Below are positions 9,199 through 16,224 of a stretch of 28,512 nucleotides of DNA, piece by piece. Under the pieces are notes generated by a model. The model had not been told where the DNA came from and did no database searches. It was given only the letters and a program-made list of their open reading frames with translations. Source of the stretch: a virus (taxonomy: Duplodnaviria; Heunggongvirae; Uroviricota; Caudoviricetes); the IMG/VR virus record IMGVR_UViG_3300043436_002205. One strand, written 5' to 3'. Numbering within the stretch: the stretch's first letter is position 1; the number at the start of each line of letters is the position of its first letter. Made by a program: the position numbers and the translations under genes.

Positions 9199-10175
9199 CG
9201 ATTAAATCAAGCGGAAGTCCTCTAAATCTATTGGAGATACAAACCGAATTTGGTGGCGCAACTCCAATTTCTTTGAATGAATATTATGGTTTAGCAAGTG
9301 GGATCCCTGCAAGCGGTCAGATATCTATCAATGACTTTTATGGTAAAACTTTTCTAGTATATGACAGGATCACTAGTAATAGGACTTGGACTCCTAGAAA
9401 GAATCTAGCAAGATTCATACACATATTCGTCGTCGGCGCTGGTGGTTCCGGCGGAATGGGTTGGCCTGCAAGAAACGTTGGTACTTATGGTAACACGGAC
9501 GGTGTTGCTGGCGGTGGAGGTGGAGGCGCAGGAGGTATGTCATATAGTATCATAGCAGGAACAACTACTGGCTCTGCTACTGTTACTGTTGGAACCGGTG
9601 GAGCTGGAGTTGGGGTGACGGCTGAGCAAAGAGCTATAAGCGGAAACGCTGGTACTGCATCTAGTTTTGTAGGATTTAGTTTAAATATGTCTGCTGCTGG
9701 TGGTGGAGGTGGTCAAGGTGCTCAGAGTACAAACGGTGGGAGTACTGCAGTGACTGGAGTAGGCGGGGCCGGGGGCTCTGCTTCTGGCGGAAATCAATCA
9801 AATCTTACTGGTGGCGCTGGTGGAGGATTTAGCGTAAGTGGAAGCAACCCACGTACATCTGCGGCTGGTGGTGGTGCACCAAGATTTTTAAGTGCTCACA
9901 GTGGAACTGCGGCGAGTTCTACTACAGACTCTATAACTGCTGGCATAAAAGTTTCGTTGTATGGCTCTTATCCTGCGGTTGCAACTTACGCTAACAATAG
10001 GTCTCAATCATTTTTAGGATCGTCAGTTACAGATTTTAATGCATCAGATGGAGTTAGGGGTGCTGGTTCGGCAGCTGTAACATACGGTGGTGGAAGCGGT
10101 GGTGCATGTGCTGAATCTGCTATTACATCTGGCCGCGGTGGCAATGGTGTTGTCTATATAGTTTATGAAGTATAA
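9195..10175 (+). CDS. Glycine-rich virion / tail-fibre-like protein, copy 2
   Basis: Colinear paralogue of 7648-8628, identical length (326 aa). Confidence 0.7.
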   Translation: MTIKSSGSPLNLLEIQTEFGGATPISLNEYYGLASGIPASGQISINDFYGKTFLVYDRITSNRTWTPRKNLARFIHIFVVGAGGSGGMGWPARNVGTYGNTDGVAGGGGGGAGGMSYSIIAGTTTGSATVTVGTGGAGVGVTAEQRAISGNAGTASSFVGFSLNMSAAGGGGGQGAQSTNGGSTAVTGVGGAGGSASGGNQSNLTGGAGGGFSVSGSNPRTSAAGGGAPRFLSAHSGTAASSTTDSITAGIKVSLYGSYPAVATYANNRSQSFLGSSVTDFNASDGVRGAGSAAVTYGGGSGGACAESAITSGRGGNGVVYIVYEV

Positions 10176-10202
10176 ATAGTTTTTTGAAATGGAGACATTT
10201 AA

Positions 10203-10475
10203 ATGATAATAGAATCTATATTGTCAAGTGGCGGAACACATTCCTGCGAAAAATTCGAAGGTATCTATCATATAGAAGAAAACTACTACCTTCTTAAATC
10301 ATACTTTATTAGCGACAGAAAAGAATCAAAGTGCCAGTGGCACATTGCGAAGACTGTAGACGAAGGACAGACGTTTGTCATTGTTCATCGCCTTGGCTCT
10401 TCTGAAATCTACGACGAAGACACGTCTCTTCCATCTTTCAAGTCTTCTGCTCTAGGTTTCTACAAAAAAATCTAA
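10203..10475 (+). CDS. Hypothetical late protein, paralogue of 15479-15730
   Basis: GGAG RBS; TATAAATA at 10171; shared NY...SK..(W/Y)H..K...Q......R.GS pattern. Confidence 0.65.
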   Translation: MIIESILSSGGTHSCEKFEGIYHIEENYYLLKSYFISDRKESKCQWHIAKTVDEGQTFVIVHRLGSSEIYDEDTSLPSFKSSALGFYKKI

Positions 10476-10493
10476 AACTACATCATATTTCTA

Positions 10494-10522
10494 TTTACAT
10501 CTGTAGAGAATCAGTTTATACT
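10494..10522 (+). promoter_or_regulatory. sigma70 promoter with spacer GAATCAG (Y-like RNA / DUF2828 operon)
   Basis: TTTACA-N17-TATACT. Confidence 0.8.
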
Positions 10523-10549
10523 GTATTTACGATGTGAACGAAGCAATAT

Positions 10550-10626
10550 AGGATCGTTACAGCATCTTAAAGCTCATTAGAGCATTTGACTTGTAATCAA
10601 AAGGAAAGCCGCAAGGCGCGATCCTG
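10550..10626 (+). ncRNA. Y-RNA-like element 1 with D-like arm and UGU anticodon arm
   Basis: AGGATCG/CGATCCT closing stem, TTACAGCA motif, TTTGA-CTTGTAA-TCAAA arm. Confidence 0.7.
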
Positions 10627-10647
10627 ACTATTAAACTATGAAACCAT

Positions 10648-10737
10648 AGGTTGGTTTCAGCAAAAAATAAAACCGGGAATGGTTCCCAATTTGTCTTATA
10701 AACAAACTTAACGGTTCTAATCCGTAAATCCAACCTG
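10648..10737 (+). ncRNA. Y-RNA-like element 2 with D-like, UAU anticodon and T-like arms
   Basis: AGGTTGG/CCAACCT stem (compensatory changes), TTTCAGCAA, TTTGT-CTTATAA-ACAAA, ACGG-TTCTAAT-CCGT. Confidence 0.7.
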
Positions 10738-10750
10738 AAAGGAATACACT

Positions 10751-12178
10751 ATGTCATTCGTTAATGCAGTTCAGAAATCCAAGAACAAAGCAGTCGCTCG
10801 TACCGCGAATGGTATGAAGGCTCGTGCTACTTCACAGTCGCCAGTTCTGGATCTATTCGGTCTTATCGGTTCCGCTCGTGGTACTGATATCACCAAGCAA
10901 TTCACCGCTTCTCTCGTAGAGAATGCCGATCTTACTCTGCGTATGCTGCAGTGGGCTCGTGACATTCGTGAGGGCGCAGGCGAACGTGCTACCTTCCGTA
11001 ATCTACTCTCTGCGCTAGAGGCTACCGACCCAACTCTTGCCGGAAAGCTGATGCACAAAATCCCAGCACTTGGTCGTTGGGATGACCTCTTTGCCTACAA
11101 GAACCCGATCAACCGCAATCAGGCTTTCGCTCTGATTGCAGAGGCTCTTGAAGCAAAGAATGGTCTGGCAGCAAAGTGGATGCCACGTAAAGGTCCGGTC
11201 GCAGTCGAACTGACTCGATACCTCGGTCTGTCTCCTAAGGCATACCGTAAGCTCATTGTCGGTTTGACCAATGTCGTTGAGACTCAGATGTGTGCTAAGG
11301 AATGGGAAGCTATCAACTTCTCGCACGTTCCTTCTGTCGCGTCTGCTCGTTATCAGAAAGCTTTCGGTCGTAATGCAAAAGAGTCCTACTCTGCTTACAT
11401 TGCGGAACTGAAGAAGCCTGTTGCTGAGCGTTCAGATCCTAAAGTCAAGATCAACGCTTCTGCGGTTTATCCGTATGATGTTGTGAAGTCTGTCGTGAAG
11501 GGTAATGCGGCTGTTGCTGATGAACAGTGGAAGGCTATGCCTAACTACATCGGCGATGCAAAGGTTCTGCCTATGGTCGACGTCTCCGGCTCGATGGGTT
11601 CGCTGTGGTACACCTACAGCCAACTGCAGCCAATCGACATTGCTGTTTCTCTTGGCCTTTATTGCGCTAGCAAGAACACCGGAGACTTCAAGGATCTGTT
11701 CCTGACCTTCTCTGGTAAGCCTAAGATGGAACACCTGAAAGGTACTCTGTCTCAGAAGATGACTCAGATGACAAAAGCTCACTGGGAAATGAACACCAAC
11801 CTGCACGCAGCATTCGATGAGATCCTCAAGATCGCTGTTAAGGGCAATGTGTCTCAGGAAGATATGCCTGACATGCTGCTCATCCTTTCGGACATGCAGT
11901 TCGATGCTTGCACTCGCTACGATGACTCTGCAATGCAGATGATCAAGCGTAAGTACAAGGAAGCAGGCTACGATGTTCCAAAGATCGTCTTTTGGAACCT
12001 GTCCATGTACGGTAAGGAAAACGGTAACACTCCAGTTAAGTTCGACAAGAACGGTACTGCGCATGTTTCTGGTTTCTCTCCTTCCATCATGAAGCATGTT
12101 CTCGCAAACGACCTCGAGGAGTTTACTCCATACAATGTTATGTTGAAGACTCTGATGAGCGATCGTTATGCCTACTAA
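10751..12178 (+). CDS. DUF2828-type TROVE/Ro60-like protein with C-terminal vWA domain
   Basis: TANG, RDIREGAGER, GRWDDL, AAKWMPR, SHVPS.A...Y..AF, MIDAS DVSGSM, LSDMQFD, FWNL, SGFS. Confidence 0.85.
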   Translation: MSFVNAVQKSKNKAVARTANGMKARATSQSPVLDLFGLIGSARGTDITKQFTASLVENADLTLRMLQWARDIREGAGERATFRNLLSALEATDPTLAGKLMHKIPALGRWDDLFAYKNPINRNQAFALIAEALEAKNGLAAKWMPRKGPVAVELTRYLGLSPKAYRKLIVGLTNVVETQMCAKEWEAINFSHVPSVASARYQKAFGRNAKESYSAYIAELKKPVAERSDPKVKINASAVYPYDVVKSVVKGNAAVADEQWKAMPNYIGDAKVLPMVDVSGSMGSLWYTYSQLQPIDIAVSLGLYCASKNTGDFKDLFLTFSGKPKMEHLKGTLSQKMTQMTKAHWEMNTNLHAAFDEILKIAVKGNVSQEDMPDMLLILSDMQFDACTRYDDSAMQMIKRKYKEAGYDVPKIVFWNLSMYGKENGNTPVKFDKNGTAHVSGFSPSIMKHVLANDLEEFTPYNVMLKTLMSDRYAY

Positions 12179-12182
12179 TCGG

Positions 12183-12206
12183 TTAGGCCTTCGGGCCTAA
12201 CTTCCT
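12183..12206 (+). terminator. Hairpin after the DUF2828 gene (terminator or processing site)
   Basis: TTAGGCC-TTCG-GGCCTAA with a weak pyrimidine tail. Confidence 0.5.
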
Positions 12207-12212
12207 CAATTT

Positions 12213-12313
12213 GGATCGTTGCAGCAAAAAATTAGCTAGTGCAACGGTAGCACACTTTCCTTCTAAGAAAGAGTTCCGGGTTCGATTCCTGGGCAAAATA
12301 AAAAGCGATCCTG
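12213..12313 (+). ncRNA. Y-RNA-like element 3 holding D, UCU anticodon and T arms without acceptor/CCA
   Basis: GGATCG/CGATCC stem, TTGCAGCAA, GTGC-AACGGTA-GCAC, CTTTC-CTTCTAA-GAAAG, CCGGG-TTCGATT-CCTGG. Confidence 0.75.
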
Positions 12314-12344
12314 TAAAATAATTTGAAATAACTCAACTTTTTTG

Positions 12345-12374
12345 TTGACATTCGTAGAATACAATGTATAAATA
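12345..12374 (+). promoter_or_regulatory. Promoter of leader 1: TTGACA plus gp55 late box TATAAATA
   Basis: TTGACA 12345-50, TATAAATA 12367-74. Confidence 0.75.
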
Positions 12375-12405
12375 TATCTAACAGAACTAAAGGAACTCGC
12401 ACTAA

Positions 12406-12492
12406 ATGATTCGCCAACCGCAACCTCAAATGAATAATAAGCGCCAGGTATTTACCTGCGAATATATTCGTATGTGCGAGGGTTCTATATAA
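12406..12492 (+). CDS. Leader peptide 1 of tRNA array 1 (28 aa)
   Basis: MIRQPQPQMNNKRQVFTCEYIRMCEGSI*; AAAGGAA RBS; 3' end overlaps the antiterminator strand. Confidence 0.7.
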   Translation: MIRQPQPQMNNKRQVFTCEYIRMCEGSI

Positions 12493-12553
12493 GGATATTA
12501 AATATCATACCTTATCAAAGAACCCTCCAGATGAAAGTCTAGGAGGGTTTTTT
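12478..12553 (+). terminator. Attenuator 1: mutually exclusive antiterminator and intrinsic terminator
   Basis: GAGGGTTCT (12478-86) pairs AGAACCCTC (12519-27); alternatively AACCCTCC..GGAGGGTT plus T-run (12521-53). Confidence 0.8.
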
Positions 12554-12558
12554 AATAT

Positions 12559-12640
12559 GGTGTGTGGCCCGGATGGTAAGGGGATGGATTGCAAATCCAT
12601 AGCACGAAAGTAGTCAGTTCGATTCTGACACACACCTCCA
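12559..12640 (+). tRNA. tRNA-Cys(GCA), enlarged variable loop
   Basis: Cloverleaf, ATGGA-TTGCAAA-TCCAT, U73, CCA. Confidence 0.9.
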
Positions 12641-12646
12641 GAATAC

Positions 12647-12718
12647 GGTGACACGTTGCGGTAACGACTTGGGTCTCATAAGCCCGAAGAGATGGTTCGA
12701 GTCCATCTGGCACCACCA
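12647..12718 (+). tRNA. tRNA-Met(CAT), atypical D region
   Basis: TGGGT-CTCATAA-GCCCG, canonical T arm, CCA; acceptor mismatch. Confidence 0.7.
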
Positions 12719-12730
12719 AGAAAAAAGTTG

Positions 12731-12759
12731 TTGACATTCATCTAGAATCAGTTTAGATA
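12731..12759 (+). promoter_or_regulatory. sigma70 promoter with spacer GAATCAG
   Basis: TTGACA; GAATC at 12745. Confidence 0.75.
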
Positions 12760-12797
12760 TGAGTTGACGGCGGAAGAAAGACAAAATCAATCTTCCA

Positions 12798-12812
12798 GTT
12801 CTTTGAAAATTT
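12798..12812 (+). promoter_or_regulatory. boxA-like antitermination site
   Basis: GTTCTTTGAAAATTT resembles rrn boxA (TGCTCTTTAACA); downstream of the promoter at 12731. Confidence 0.55.
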
Positions 12813-12856
12813 AAACTTTGTCCTAGCGTAAGCGATGATGGACTGGAAACAGATTT

Positions 12857-12962
12857 ACTCTGTTTTCAACTAGGGTTCGCGGTTCGATTCCGTGCTGGGC
12901 TTCGCGGGCCCGGGTTGCTGCAGCAGATAGTCATGGATGACGACCCTAGTTGAAAACAGAGT
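12857..12962 (+). ncRNA. Long-stem ncRNA A with permuted tRNA-like core
   Basis: Perfect 20-bp terminal stem enclosing T arm CGCGG-TTCGATT-CCGTG, a closed acceptor-like hairpin and a D-like hairpin. Confidence 0.7.
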
Positions 12963-12964
12963 TT

Positions 12965-13039
12965 TGGGAAGTAGTTCAGCGGCAGAATAACTGACTTTGA
13001 ATCAGCAGGCCGGTGGTTCGAATCCACCCTTCCCAACCA
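12965..13039 (+). tRNA. tRNA-Gln(TTG)
   Basis: Cloverleaf, CTTTGAA loop, U1-A72, CCA. Confidence 0.9.
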
Positions 13040-13047
13040 ATAATCAT

Positions 13048-13125
13048 CTGGGTGTAGCTCAGTCTGCGTAGAGTGCTTGCCTTGGAAGCAAGAAGTCGCT
13101 GGTTCGAATCCAGTCATCCAGACCA
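13048..13125 (+). tRNA. tRNA-Pro(TGG)
   Basis: CTTGC-CTTGGAA-GCAAG, C1-G72, CCA. Confidence 0.9.
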
Positions 13126-13135
13126 AAAATACCTG

Positions 13136-13164
13136 TTGACATTCATTTAGAATCAGTATATTCT
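13136..13164 (+). promoter_or_regulatory. sigma70 promoter with spacer GAATCAG
   Basis: TTGACA-N17-TATTCT. Confidence 0.8.
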
Positions 13165-13187
13165 GATAATACGAAAAGGAAAAAGAA

Positions 13188-13337
13188 ATGAAACGAAAAC
13201 ATAAGGACCTACCGAAGGCACGAAACCCATTCGTCCTTCATCTTTCCAAACGTCTTTCGGGCGCACACGGAAAGACTAAAAAAGCGGAACGCCGTAGTGA
13301 TAAGATGGCGTTGAAGCAGGAATGGACGGTTAGCTGA
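13188..13337 (+). CDS. Small basic protein (49 aa) overlapping tRNA-Lys
   Basis: MKRKHKDLPKARNPFVLHLSKRLSGAHGKTKKAERRSDKMALKQEWTVS*; own promoter and AAGGA RBS. Confidence 0.7.
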   Translation: MKRKHKDLPKARNPFVLHLSKRLSGAHGKTKKAERRSDKMALKQEWTVS

Positions 13338-13400
13338 GTTGGTTTAGCGGCGGGCTTTTAATCCGCGTCAACCAGGGTTCGAATCCCTGACCGTTCACCA
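13324..13400 (+). tRNA. tRNA-Lys(TTT)
   Basis: GCGGG-CTTTTAA-TCCGC, CCA. Confidence 0.9.
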
Positions 13401-13512
13401 TTACTTTGATGATGCACCGAGGGCGATTGGTACCAGCCCTTTCCTTGGTGGAAGCCTGCCGTTGAGGTGGGTGGGAGAGTTTCGATACCTCCACGGTGTA
13501 TCTTCTAAGTAA
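13401..13512 (+). ncRNA. Degenerate tRNA-like RNA with long variable arm and no CCA
   Basis: GATGCACCG/CGGTGTATC stem, GGGC..GCCC D-like arm, TTCC-TTGGT-GGAA, TTCGATA T-like loop. Confidence 0.5.
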
Positions 13513-13523
13513 TAGGAGTAAAG

Positions 13524-13916
13524 ATGTTAGAGTGTTTAATCATTGGTGATAGTATTGCAGTAGGAATAGGGCAATATAGACTGGATTGTGTAGTAGAAGC
13601 TAAGGTAGGTATTAACAGTCGTAACTATGTTAAGACTTATGCATTGCCTGAGTCGAAGTTAACAGTGATTAGCCTTGGTAGTAACGATCTAGGTATGAGC
13701 AATCAATATACTGTGTTGTATAACTTACGTAGCGAAATTAAAGGCACTGTGCTTTGGATATTGCCAGCTAACAATGACGAAGCGAGAAGCAATATACTAA
13801 CTATTGCAAGTATTCATAACGATAAAGTTGCTGATATTAGACAACTGCCGTTAAGCAAAGATGGTGTTCACCCTACTACAAAAAGCTATGAAGCACTAGC
13901 AAAGGTATTTAAATGA
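13524..13916 (+). CDS. SGNH/GDSL hydrolase
   Basis: GDSIA, LGSND and DGVHP catalytic blocks. Confidence 0.85.
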   Translation: MLECLIIGDSIAVGIGQYRLDCVVEAKVGINSRNYVKTYALPESKLTVISLGSNDLGMSNQYTVLYNLRSEIKGTVLWILPANNDEARSNILTIASIHNDKVADIRQLPLSKDGVHPTTKSYEALAKVFK

Positions 13917-14065
13917 CTGTAGAAGAAAGATTGGCAAAACTAGAAGCAATTATTGAAATTCTTATGGAAGACCCTGCGTTTCGACATAAAATCGAAGTTG
14001 CTCGTTTGATGTCAGGTAGTAACAAAAATCCAATCCACTTTGAAATCAAAGCCAATTATCAATAA
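13913..14065 (+). CDS. Hypothetical protein, 50 aa
   Basis: MTVEERLAKLEAIIEILMEDPAF...; ATGA overlap with the upstream stop. Confidence 0.55.
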   Translation: MTVEERLAKLEAIIEILMEDPAFRHKIEVARLMSGSNKNPIHFEIKANYQ

Positions 14066-14066
14066 T

Positions 14067-14142
14067 GCACCGGTAGCTGAGAGGCTTAGCGGCGGGCTCT
14101 TAATCCGCGACAACATGGGTTCGATTCCCATCCGGTACACCA
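14067..14142 (+). tRNA. tRNA-Lys(CTT)
   Basis: GCGGG-CTCTTAA-TCCGC, CCA; C2.A71 mismatch. Confidence 0.85.
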
Positions 14143-14269
14143 AAACGTGCCCTTTGACGTTGAAACAAACTAGGGTGATGGCGAATGATTCTTTCCTATC
14201 CTGCAGGATCAATGGGAAACGTCTAAATAACCATCCGCTGCCGAACTGCGATAGTGCTCGGTGCAATTT

Positions 14270-14347
14270 TGTCCTAGAGTCGTCCAGGTGACGGCACCTG
14301 GCTGTTAACCAGGATGGAGAGAGGTTCGAGTCCTCTTAGGACAGCCA
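14270..14347 (+). tRNA. tRNA-Asn(GTT)
   Basis: CCTGG-CTGTTAA-CCAGG, G73, CCA. Confidence 0.85.
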
Positions 14348-14351
14348 ATAT

Positions 14352-14427
<76 letters not shown>

Positions 14428-14477
14428 AGTTTGTGACAGATCCGGCTGCACATTAAAAGAATTTCCGGCTGAAATTT

Positions 14478-14552
14478 TGTGGTGTAGCTCAGTGGTAGAG
14501 CAATCCCCTGATAAGGGATAGGTCGGTGGTTCAATCCCACCCACTACAACCA
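14478..14552 (+). tRNA. tRNA-Ile(GAT)
   Basis: ATCCC-CTGATAA-GGGAT, CCA. Confidence 0.9.
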
Positions 14553-14557
14553 ATATT

Positions 14558-14641
14558 GGGAGTGCCGCCTCAAGGTGAGGCAGCGGACTGTAACTCCGTC
14601 GAGGAAACTCATGTTGGGTTCGATTCCCTTCACTCCCACCA
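14558..14641 (+). tRNA. tRNA-Tyr(GTA)
   Basis: GCGGA-CTGTAAC-TCCGT, long variable arm, CCA. Confidence 0.9.
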
Positions 14642-14648
14642 ATATAAC

Positions 14649-14725
14649 GTCCCTATAGATTACGTTGGCTAGATCATCGCCCTTTCAAGGCGAAGAAGCG
14701 GGATCGACACCCGCTGGGGATACCA
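14649..14725 (+). tRNA. tRNA-Glu(TTC)
   Basis: TCGCC-CTTTCAA-GGCGA, CCA. Confidence 0.9.
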
Positions 14726-14730
14726 ATCAC

Positions 14731-14804
14731 ACTCCTGTAGCATAATGGCAGTGCGCTGTCCTGACTCGACAGATGAGAAGGCTCGATTCCTTCCAGGAGT
14801 ACCA
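14731..14804 (+). tRNA. tRNA-Val(GAC), atypical U37 and C54
   Basis: CTGTC-CTGACTC-GACAG, CCA. Confidence 0.75.
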
Positions 14805-14809
14805 ACAAC

Positions 14810-14883
14810 GCTGCTATAGTATAAAGGTATTATGCATCTTTGGTAAGGATGAGACGGAGGATCGTTACCTCCTAGCAGCACCA
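14810..14883 (+). tRNA. tRNA-Thr(GGT)
   Basis: CATCT-TTGGTAA-GGATG, CCA. Confidence 0.85.
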
Positions 14884-14938
14884 TTTAGAGGTTGACATGT
14901 GGAACAGTTTAGACTATGATGGTGTAAAGGAGACAGCT

Positions 14939-15244
14939 ATGAACATCTCAATCGACTATGATGATACTTACACCAAAGATCCTCTTCTGTGGAATTGGTT
15001 CGCACAAGAAGCGTTGAACCGTGGACATAAGGTCTACTGTGTATCTGCTCGTGGAACCCAACACATGGATGATCCAAAGATGACAATCGGTCGAGTGATC
15101 GGTGCAGAGAATTGCTTTGGTACTGGTCTTCGTCCTAAACGTCACTTTATGCATCATGTTCATAAGATTGACATCGATGTATGGATCGACGATATGCCTG
15201 AGATGATTGTTGATCAGGAAATCGAAGGTTTGTATATGCCTTAA
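14939..15244 (+). CDS. Small HAD-like phosphatase
   Basis: IDYDDTYT (DxD), VSAR, K, WIDD; AAGGAG RBS before ATG 14939. Confidence 0.7.
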   Translation: MNISIDYDDTYTKDPLLWNWFAQEALNRGHKVYCVSARGTQHMDDPKMTIGRVIGAENCFGTGLRPKRHFMHHVHKIDIDVWIDDMPEMIVDQEIEGLYMP

Positions 15245-15245
15245 T

Positions 15246-15318
15246 GCTTCTGCCGGCGGAACCGGTGGCGGGTCTACGAAGCCTGCTTACGAATGTTCAA
15301 CTCATTCCAGGAGCGCCA
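15246..15318 (+). tRNA. tRNA-Arg(ACG), shortened D arm
   Basis: CGGGT-CTACGAA-GCCTG, CCA. Confidence 0.75.
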
Positions 15319-15323
15319 ATAAC

Positions 15324-15398
15324 GCCTCTATAGCTCAGCGGAAGAGTACTGGTCTTCGAAACCAAGGGTCGGGAGTTCGAATCTCTCTAGGGGCACCA
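15324..15398 (+). tRNA. tRNA-Arg(TCG)
   Basis: CTTCGAA loop, canonical arms, CCA. Confidence 0.9.
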
Positions 15399-15478
15399 AA
15401 CTACTCGTCAAAGACTAATCTTTATAAATACATATATCTAAATTATGAATTTGCACGGATTAGAAAAGGAGTAATTTC

Positions 15479-15730
15479 ATGGAAGAAGTGTATACAATCC
15501 TAGACTTTGATGTAGTTCAAAAGTTACACGGTAACTATGTAATTACTAGAAGAATAGATGAGTCTGATCAAGTTACATCAAAATACGAGTATCACGTAGG
15601 AAAGATTAACGCAGATACTCAGGCAATAGAACTTCTAGAAAGAATAGGATCTACTGCCAGAAATGTTGTTTCTATACCAGAAAATCAGATTAATCTCGCT
15701 AAGACTGTTCTACTATCATACCTACCATAA
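15479..15730 (+). CDS. Hypothetical late protein, paralogue of 10203-10475
   Basis: AAGGAG RBS; TATAAATA at 15423. Confidence 0.65.
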   Translation: MEEVYTILDFDVVQKLHGNYVITRRIDESDQVTSKYEYHVGKINADTQAIELLERIGSTARNVVSIPENQINLAKTVLLSYLP

Positions 15731-15795
15731 AAAGATCGAGTTTGCGAACCTAACTATATGATGACTATAACTGGTCTTACACATAGGAGGCGCGT

Positions 15796-16125
15796 ATGCC
15801 TGTTAAGATCAAAAAAGAATTAGAAGAAAGTAGTTGTCATGTTGATGACGCTGAAATAAAAAATACTGAGACGATGATTGAACTGCAAGACCGCAAACTT
15901 CGTATTGAGAACGAAGATAAGAAACAAGATGCTCAACGTAGCATGGCATGGTTCGCTCTGTTCGGAATGTTATTGTATCCATTCACGGTCGTCTTGGCCG
16001 ATGCGCTAGGATTGTATCAGGCAGCGACTATCATTGGTAATATGGCAAGCATATACTTCGTATCAGTTGCTGCTATTGTATCTGCGTTCTACGGAACACA
16101 GGCATACGTATCAAAAGGCAAGTAA
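15796..16125 (+). CDS. Membrane protein with two predicted TM helices (holin-like)
   Basis: Hydrophobic MAWFALFGMLLYPF and IYFVSVAAIVSAFYG segments; GGAGG RBS. Confidence 0.6.
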   Translation: MPVKIKKELEESSCHVDDAEIKNTETMIELQDRKLRIENEDKKQDAQRSMAWFALFGMLLYPFTVVLADALGLYQAATIIGNMASIYFVSVAAIVSAFYGTQAYVSKGK

Positions 16126-16140
16126 TATCTAAAACATTCA

Positions 16141-16167
16141 AGGGCTGCATCATGCAGCCCTTTTTTT
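16141..16167 (+). terminator. Intrinsic terminator
   Basis: AGGGCTGCA-TCA-TGCAGCCCT plus T-run. Confidence 0.85.
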
Positions 16168-16168
16168 G

Positions 16169-16197
16169 TTTACATTTGAATAGAATCAGTATATATT
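16169..16197 (+). promoter_or_regulatory. sigma70 promoter with spacer GAATCAG (topoisomerase)
   Basis: TTTACA-N17-TATATT. Confidence 0.8.
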
Positions 16198-16224
16198 GAT
16201 ATTGACCACCGTAAGGAGTACACT

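Noticed and set aside
11432-12097. 221-aa minus-strand ORF and other short antisense ORFs in 10771-11326
   Set aside because: Shadow of the codon-biased DUF2828 gene.
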